This document shows, one piece after another, positions 59,481 to 64,000 of a stretch of 64,000 nt of DNA. A program made the position numbers and the translations under genes. Source of the DNA: Alphaproteobacteria bacterium (GTDB lineage: Bacteria; Pseudomonadota; Alphaproteobacteria; UBA7887); NCBI GenBank assembly GCA_965216755.1, contig CBDCGL010000011.1, positions 1,298,609 through 1,362,608 of the forward strand, in the 5' to 3' direction. The notes under the pieces are model-generated. The model had not been told where the DNA came from. It saw only the letters and a program-made list of their open reading frames with translations, and made no database searches. Every line of letters begins with the position of its first letter. Position 1 is the first letter of the stretch.

Positions 59481-59805
59481 TTAACGAACCTTCCTCATAA
59501 CAATTGTTCGGTCGGCTTAGACTTCACTCAATCCTCGAATCCCAGTTGCAAGTGCCGCCGTTCAAGGTCCGACACCGACAAATCTCGATCTTGGACCGGC
59601 GTTGCGGACAGAACATCAGCTATGCATCGTTGTTCCGTGAACCCTATCCATTTGTTCGCACTGCAACCTTTCGCCGTTTTATTGACGGCATTGAATAAAA
59701 AGATCTGTGGCTTACGCCCCGTTCTTGAGGGAACGGCCCAGTTGCTCTGTCAGAATTCCCAAGCCATGGTGGGCGCTCTGTTGCGCCCACCATGCTGCAG
59801 TCGAC

Positions 59806-60843
59806 TTAGCCGTCTTTATCGTCGTCGGACTCACCCGACATGCCTTCCATGCCGGACATACCTTCCATGCCGGTCATGCCGGACATACCGCTCATGCCGG
59901 ACATACCTTCCATGCCGGACATACCGCCCATGCCGGACATACCTTCCATGCCGGACATGCCTTCCATGCCGGTCATGCCTTCCATGCCGGTCATTCCGGG
60001 CATCCCCGTCATACCCATTCCAGGCATGCCGTACATTCCGCCCATGCCGGGCTGTAACGCAGCCAAGTTTGCCGGATAGAGCGTGATGACGTTACCAGGG
60101 CCAACGGTGAAGTAGCCGGCGAAGACCGCGCCACCACTCATGCCTTGCATGCCGCCCATACCGGGCATGCCTTGCATGCCGCCCATACCGGGCATGCCTT
60201 GCATTCCCCACATACCGGGCATGCCTTGCATACCCCACATACCGGGCATGCCTTGCATACCCCACATGCCGGGCATGCCTTGCATTCCCCACATGCCGGG
60301 CATGCCTTGCATTCCCCACATACCGGGCATGCCTTGCATTCCCCACATGCCGGGCGTGCCTTGCATTCCCCACATGCCGGGCATGCCTTGCATTCCCCAC
60401 ATGCCGGGATAGTTGGCATACCGTTGGCCTTGCATGCCCCACATGCCGGGGTTCATCCCCCACATGCCGGGCATACCTTGCATACCCCACATACCGGGAT
60501 AGTTCGAATACTGTTGACCTTGCATGCCCCACATGCCGGGGTTCATCCCCCACATGCCGGGCATACCTTGCATACCCCACATGCCGGGCATACCTTGCAT
60601 ACCCCACATACCGGGCATACCTTGCATACCCCACATACCGGGCATGCCTTGCATACCCCACATGCCGGGATAGTTCGAATACTGCTGACCTTGCATGCCC
60701 CACATACCGGGCATACCTTGCATACCCCATTGATTGGGCATAGTTTGCTGGCTATGTGCCGTGCTTGTCGCGCTCAGTGACGCCATCGCAACAACGGCAA
60801 CGAGGCCAACAACCCTCCCAATCTTTTTTAGCGTACTAATCAT
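59806..60843 (-). CDS. secreted methionine-rich G-M-X tripeptide-repeat protein 2 with central LYP motif and acidic GM[EST] C-terminal repeats
   Basis: Signal peptide MISTLKKIGRVVGLVAVVAMASLSATSTAHS. About 200 aa of almost uniform GMWGMQGMP repeats. Then GGAVFAGYFTVGPGNVITLYPANLAALQPG. Then [25 protein letters not shown]... ending GESDDDKDG. Confidence 0.7.
   Translation of the reverse strand: MISTLKKIGRVVGLVAVVAMASLSATSTAHSQQTMPNQWGMQGMPGMWGMQGQQYSNYPGMWGMQGMPGMWGMQGMPGMWGMQGMPGMWGMQGMPGMWGMNPGMWGMQGQQYSNYPGMWGMQGMPGMWGMNPGMWGMQGQRYANYPGMWGMQGMPGMWGMQGTPGMWGMQGMPGMWGMQGMPGMWGMQGMPGMWGMQGMPGMWGMQGMPGMWGMQGMPGMGGMQGMPGMGGMQGMSGGAVFAGYFTVGPGNVITLYPANLAALQPGMGGMYGMPGMGMTGMPGMTGMEGMTGMEGMSGMEGMSGMGGMSGMEGMSGMSGMSGMTGMEGMSGMEGMSGESDDDKDG
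59830..60740. repeat. coding tandem repeat (27-nt unit catgccgggcatgccttgcattccccac and variants)
   Basis: Many consecutive perfect 27-mers at about 60140..60420. Open in all six frames. Confidence 0.85.
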
Positions 60844-61109
60844 TCGTACCTCTATGTCGCCGTCTCCCGTGGAGACAGCGGTCCTTTAATGTGCTGACCG
60901 AGAAAAGACGCCGCAGCACCCGGGATGAACATTTCCTAGGTACTGTGGCTCGAATTCCCACCTAACTGCTTGCCTTCCCGTTGACGCCGCTGATTGCGGC
61001 GCCGGCTTTTTAATAAGCAGATTTCGTGCCAGCCTTAGCGTGCAAGCGTAAGTATTTGAAATTTTGTATGAATTCGACTTCGGCCACGTTCAAGGGCCTG
61101 TCTCTAACC

Positions 61110-61188
61110 TGCCAAATTGGCAGACAAATCGGAGACCGAAATTAAGAATCTCTTGTTTTCAGCAGCTTGGAACCTGACATAATGTCAG
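61110..61188. promoter_or_regulatory. two palindromes in the 417-bp leader region upstream of Met-rich gene 2: TGCCAAATTGGCA (61110..61122) and CTGACATAATGTCAG (61174..61188)
   Basis: Perfect dyad symmetry read from the sequence. Function unknown: candidate operator or activator sites. Confidence 0.25.
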
Positions 61189-61261
61189 CGTCGCGCCGAA
61201 TGCAATGCGTTATCTGTGGCGAGGGCTCGGCGCGGCGTCAGTCCAGTGCGCGCCGACGGCG

Positions 61262-62335
61262 TCAATTGGCATCGACAAATCCGCGTTTGATGGTGTCCGT
61301 CGTCAACCCTGTTGCTTGGGCCGCGTCTGACACTTGCTGCCGTGTCTTTGGGTCCAACGGAATGCCGTTCGCCAGGCGCTCTGTTTTGGTCCGCCGCTCA
61401 ACCATGCCCGGCAACAATACCTCAGCGTCATCTGACACAGGCGGTGAAGCCGTAATAAAATCAACGAAGCGATCCATATCGCCGCCCATGGCAGCCGTAC
61501 CGGCCAAGCGCTCTGGATCAATCAAGATTGCCAACAGATTGTTGATTGGTCGGTCAGCGCTTGGATTGTCCGGATGGCCCGTGCCGCCGCCGACCATGGC
61601 ACCCGCAAATAATTCCACAAATATCGACAGCCCATGACCCTTGTGCCCGGCTGCGGTCGTCAGTGCACCCGGTGGATCCGTATAGAACGCTTCCGGATTT
61701 CGACTCGGTTGGCCCCGGTTGTCGATGATCGCCCCTTCAGGTAGCCGCGCGCCGCGGTTGCGGGCCACGCGGATTTTGCCTGCTGCGATGGCGCCGGTCG
61801 ACATGTCGTGAATGATGGGGTCGTGATCCGGACGCGGCACACCCAGTGCAATCGGATTCACCGACAGGCGACGGTCGCTGCCGCCGTAGGGCGCAACTTG
61901 AATGCCATAGCCAGTTGTATTGACGAAATGAAGCGAGGCGAATCCCGCGACCGCGGCCTGTTCGGCCCAAGCTCCGATACGGCCCATATGGCCACTGTTG
62001 CGCACGCCAATCACTGAAACGCCATGCCGACGCGCCCGATCAATGCCGAGGTCGATCGCCTCCTTCGCGATCACTTGGCCAAATCCTTGCCGACCATCAA
62101 CAGTAACAGTGGCACCGCCGTCCGCAACAATCTCGATATGCTGATTTGCGGTCAGCTTGCCATCTTTCATCAAGCCGACATAAGGCGCGACGCGGATCAC
62201 ACCATGGCTGTCATGGCCCATCAGATTCGACTCGATCAAATGGAGCCCGACAAGTCCGGCCTCCTCTGAGGAGCAACCGGCACACTCGAAAATTCGACAA
62301 ACCAGATCCTGGAGGGGTTCTGCGGCAACGTTCAT
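61262..62335 (-). CDS. Ldh_2-family (malate/L-lactate/ureidoglycolate dehydrogenase type) oxidoreductase
   Basis: AAGGA RBS then ATG 62335 (MNVAAEPLQDLVCRIFECAGCSSEEAGLVGLHLIESNLMGHDSHGV). Typical N-terminus and length (358 aa) of the family. Confidence 0.8.
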   Translation of the reverse strand: MNVAAEPLQDLVCRIFECAGCSSEEAGLVGLHLIESNLMGHDSHGVIRVAPYVGLMKDGKLTANQHIEIVADGGATVTVDGRQGFGQVIAKEAIDLGIDRARRHGVSVIGVRNSGHMGRIGAWAEQAAVAGFASLHFVNTTGYGIQVAPYGGSDRRLSVNPIALGVPRPDHDPIIHDMSTGAIAAGKIRVARNRGARLPEGAIIDNRGQPSRNPEAFYTDPPGALTTAAGHKGHGLSIFVELFAGAMVGGGTGHPDNPSADRPINNLLAILIDPERLAGTAAMGGDMDRFVDFITASPPVSDDAEVLLPGMVERRTKTERLANGIPLDPKTRQQVSDAAQATGLTTDTIKRGFVDAN

Positions 62336-62542
62336 GGGTAGCCATTCCTTGTCGGCATTGACATCGGCAGAATACGCGACGCCAAGACGGTATTCGTCAA
62401 ACCACTGGGCGGTCGAAGAGCCTACATGATCTGAGGCGTCGAGAGGAGGGTATCGTGGTTGAGTGATTGAGATTTCGCCGAGCGCGCGCGGCATGTTGGA
62501 AATAGGTTCGCCCCAACCGCCCGGCTCGGCTACCATCGGCCT

Positions 62543-63685
62543 ATGATGGGTCAAGCATCGACCGGGCAATCAGTCGCGCGCTCAAGAGCGGGTTGTTTTC
62601 ATACGCTGAATCCGTTGCGGCGGCGCGTTGCTTGTTGCGCTGTGATTGCGGTAAGTCTGGCGCGATCGGCTCTGGCACAAGACCCAGTCCCCGTGGAAGT
62701 CGTGGTCCCCCAACAGATCGAACGTGCGGCAACATTACGTCTCACCGGTACGTTAACAGCCGCGCGACATGCTTCCCTTTCCGCGCGGGAAGGCGGTTTG
62801 GTGACGGCCGTTATGGTCGATGCCGGCGATCGCGCGACCCACGGTGAGCCGTTGGTGCGCTTGGATGCTTCTCTGGTGGAGATCGAGCTTCGACGCGCCG
62901 AAGCGGCCCTTGATGAAGCATTGACGCGTCTCGCCGAAGCGCAACGCCTCCGCGACGAAGCCCATGCCCTCGGCGCCAACATTCCGCAAAGCACGCTGCG
63001 CACCCGCGAGGCACAGGTCGCCATCGAGCAAGCGGCCCTGGCGCGACTTGACGCGGAGAAACAACGCCAGGAAGAACTCGTCGCGCGCCATGAAGTTTTG
63101 GCGCCGTTTGATGGCGTCGTGAGCCGCAAACGGACCGAAGTTGGAGAATGGGTGACACCCGGCGAACCGGTTCTGGATTTCGTGGCCACCGATCAGTTGC
63201 GGCTCGATGTGCAGGTCCCGCAGGACCACTTCGCCGGGATACTCGTCGGCGGGTCGGTACGGGTGCGGCTGGATGCTTTCCCTGAAAAGCATTTTGTCGG
63301 ATCGGTCGCAGCGAAAGTGCCGGTCGGCGATGCCTCGTCGCGAACGTTCCTGGTTCGCGTGGTCCTGGACAATCCTTCCGGCGAGATCAGTGCCGGTATG
63401 TCGGGCGAGGTCGCCTTTGACACGCAACACAGCGCCGGCGGCTTGGTTCTGCCCCGCGATACCTTGAAGAGGTATCCTGATGGAACAACAACCGTATGGA
63501 TCGTGCGCGATGCAAGTGATGGGCTGAGCGCATATGAACGCGAGATCCAAATCGGTCCGCGCATTGGCGCAACGATCGAAGTGTTGGATGGACTGGACGC
63601 GGACGTTCGGGTCGTGGTGCGCGGGAACGAAACGCTGAGCGAGGGCGTGGCAGTGCGGATCGTCGACACGACCACGATGCGCTAG
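62543..63685 (+). CDS. efflux RND transporter periplasmic adaptor subunit
   Basis: Signal/TM, coiled-coil hairpin (EIELRRAEAALDEALTRLAEAQRL...), beta-barrel and MP domains. Start uncertain: ATG 62543 or TTG 62615. Confidence 0.8.
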   Translation: MMGQASTGQSVARSRAGCFHTLNPLRRRVACCAVIAVSLARSALAQDPVPVEVVVPQQIERAATLRLTGTLTAARHASLSAREGGLVTAVMVDAGDRATHGEPLVRLDASLVEIELRRAEAALDEALTRLAEAQRLRDEAHALGANIPQSTLRTREAQVAIEQAALARLDAEKQRQEELVARHEVLAPFDGVVSRKRTEVGEWVTPGEPVLDFVATDQLRLDVQVPQDHFAGILVGGSVRVRLDAFPEKHFVGSVAAKVPVGDASSRTFLVRVVLDNPSGEISAGMSGEVAFDTQHSAGGLVLPRDTLKRYPDGTTTVWIVRDASDGLSAYEREIQIGPRIGATIEVLDGLDADVRVVVRGNETLSEGVAVRIVDTTTMR

Positions 63686-63695
63686 CAGATTGCAA

Positions 63696-64000
63696 TGATC
63701 CGCGGGGCAATAAACCACGGAACGCAACTGGCGGTCGTCGTATTGGTTGTCTGCGTTCTGGGCTTGATCGCGGCGCTTCGTGTTCCGGTGCAGATGATTC
63801 CAGATCTGGAAGTGCGCACAATCAGTGTCCGGACCAGCTGGCCCGGGGCAACGCCCCAGGATGTTGAGAATGAGATTCTCATCGAGCAGGAAGACTACCT
63901 CCGAACCATCCCCAATGTGCAGCGCATGACGGCAACCGCCGAACGCGGCAGTGCGCGCATCGAATTGGAGTTTCCATTCGGCGTCGATATCAATGATGCG
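63696..64000 (+). CDS. efflux RND transporter permease (AcrB/CzcA family), 5' fragment running off the window
   Basis: MIRGAINHGTQLAVVVLVVCVLGLIAALRVPVQMIPDLEVRTISVRTSWPGATPQDVENEI, canonical N-terminus of RND pumps. Overlaps the adaptor stop. Confidence 0.8.

Noticed and set aside
58110-60740. Repetitive array considered as a CRISPR or a non-coding satellite
   Set aside because: There are no spacer-like unique segments between repeats, and the period is a multiple of 3. It is read through by signal-peptide-bearing ORFs inside an operon, so it is coding low-complexity sequence.
61026-61046. GTGCCA ... GTGCAA pair resembling sigma-54 -24/-12 elements upstream of Met-rich gene 2
   Set aside because: On the minus strand the TTGCAC-like element precedes the TGGCAC-like element, the wrong order, and spacing is off on the plus strand. 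Not a convincing RpoN promoter.

Overview
High-GC chromosomal window, probably alphaproteobacterial. The evidence is a DUF1476/ATPase-inhibitor-zeta homologue and purC-purS-purQ-purL followed by bolA and a Grx4-type glutaredoxin. Housekeeping genes (purB, mtnA, the pur operon, upp) are interleaved with a large N-heterocycle/pyrimidine-catabolic neighbourhood. That neighbourhood holds URC1-URC4-upp homologues, an amidase, dihydropyrimidinase, a Pot-like ABC importer, hydantoinase A/B, a CobW GTPase, a polysaccharide deacetylase and an isochorismatase hydrolase.

The most unusual part is a roughly 15-kb co-directional (minus-strand) cluster at about 46.0-60.9 kb. It encodes two large secreted proteins built almost entirely of Gly-Met-X tripeptide repeats, so about one residue in three is Met, and they are also rich in Trp, Tyr, Pro and Gln. 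The cluster also encodes small secreted proteins sharing a duplicated G[WFY][FY]..P.G.L.LYP motif, a pentaheme c-type cytochrome, a DMSO-reductase-family molybdoenzyme (DmsA/DmsB-like) with a TorD-like chaperone and an extra Fe-S protein, a histidine kinase whose periplasmic domain has two CXXCH heme motifs, a sigma-54 activator and the periplasmic methionine-sulfoxide reductase MsrP. I interpret this as a candidate undescribed periplasmic Met-rich-protein redox system, either an oxidant sink or a Cu(I)/Ag(I) buffer.

Other notable points:
- The hydantoinase-B protein carries an N-terminal extension that also exists as a standalone ORF in the window.
- Two small membrane-protein paralogues are present.
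- A 941-aa flotillin-like protein has long internal coiled-coil repeats.
- A 23-bp perfect inverted repeat sits between convergent genes.
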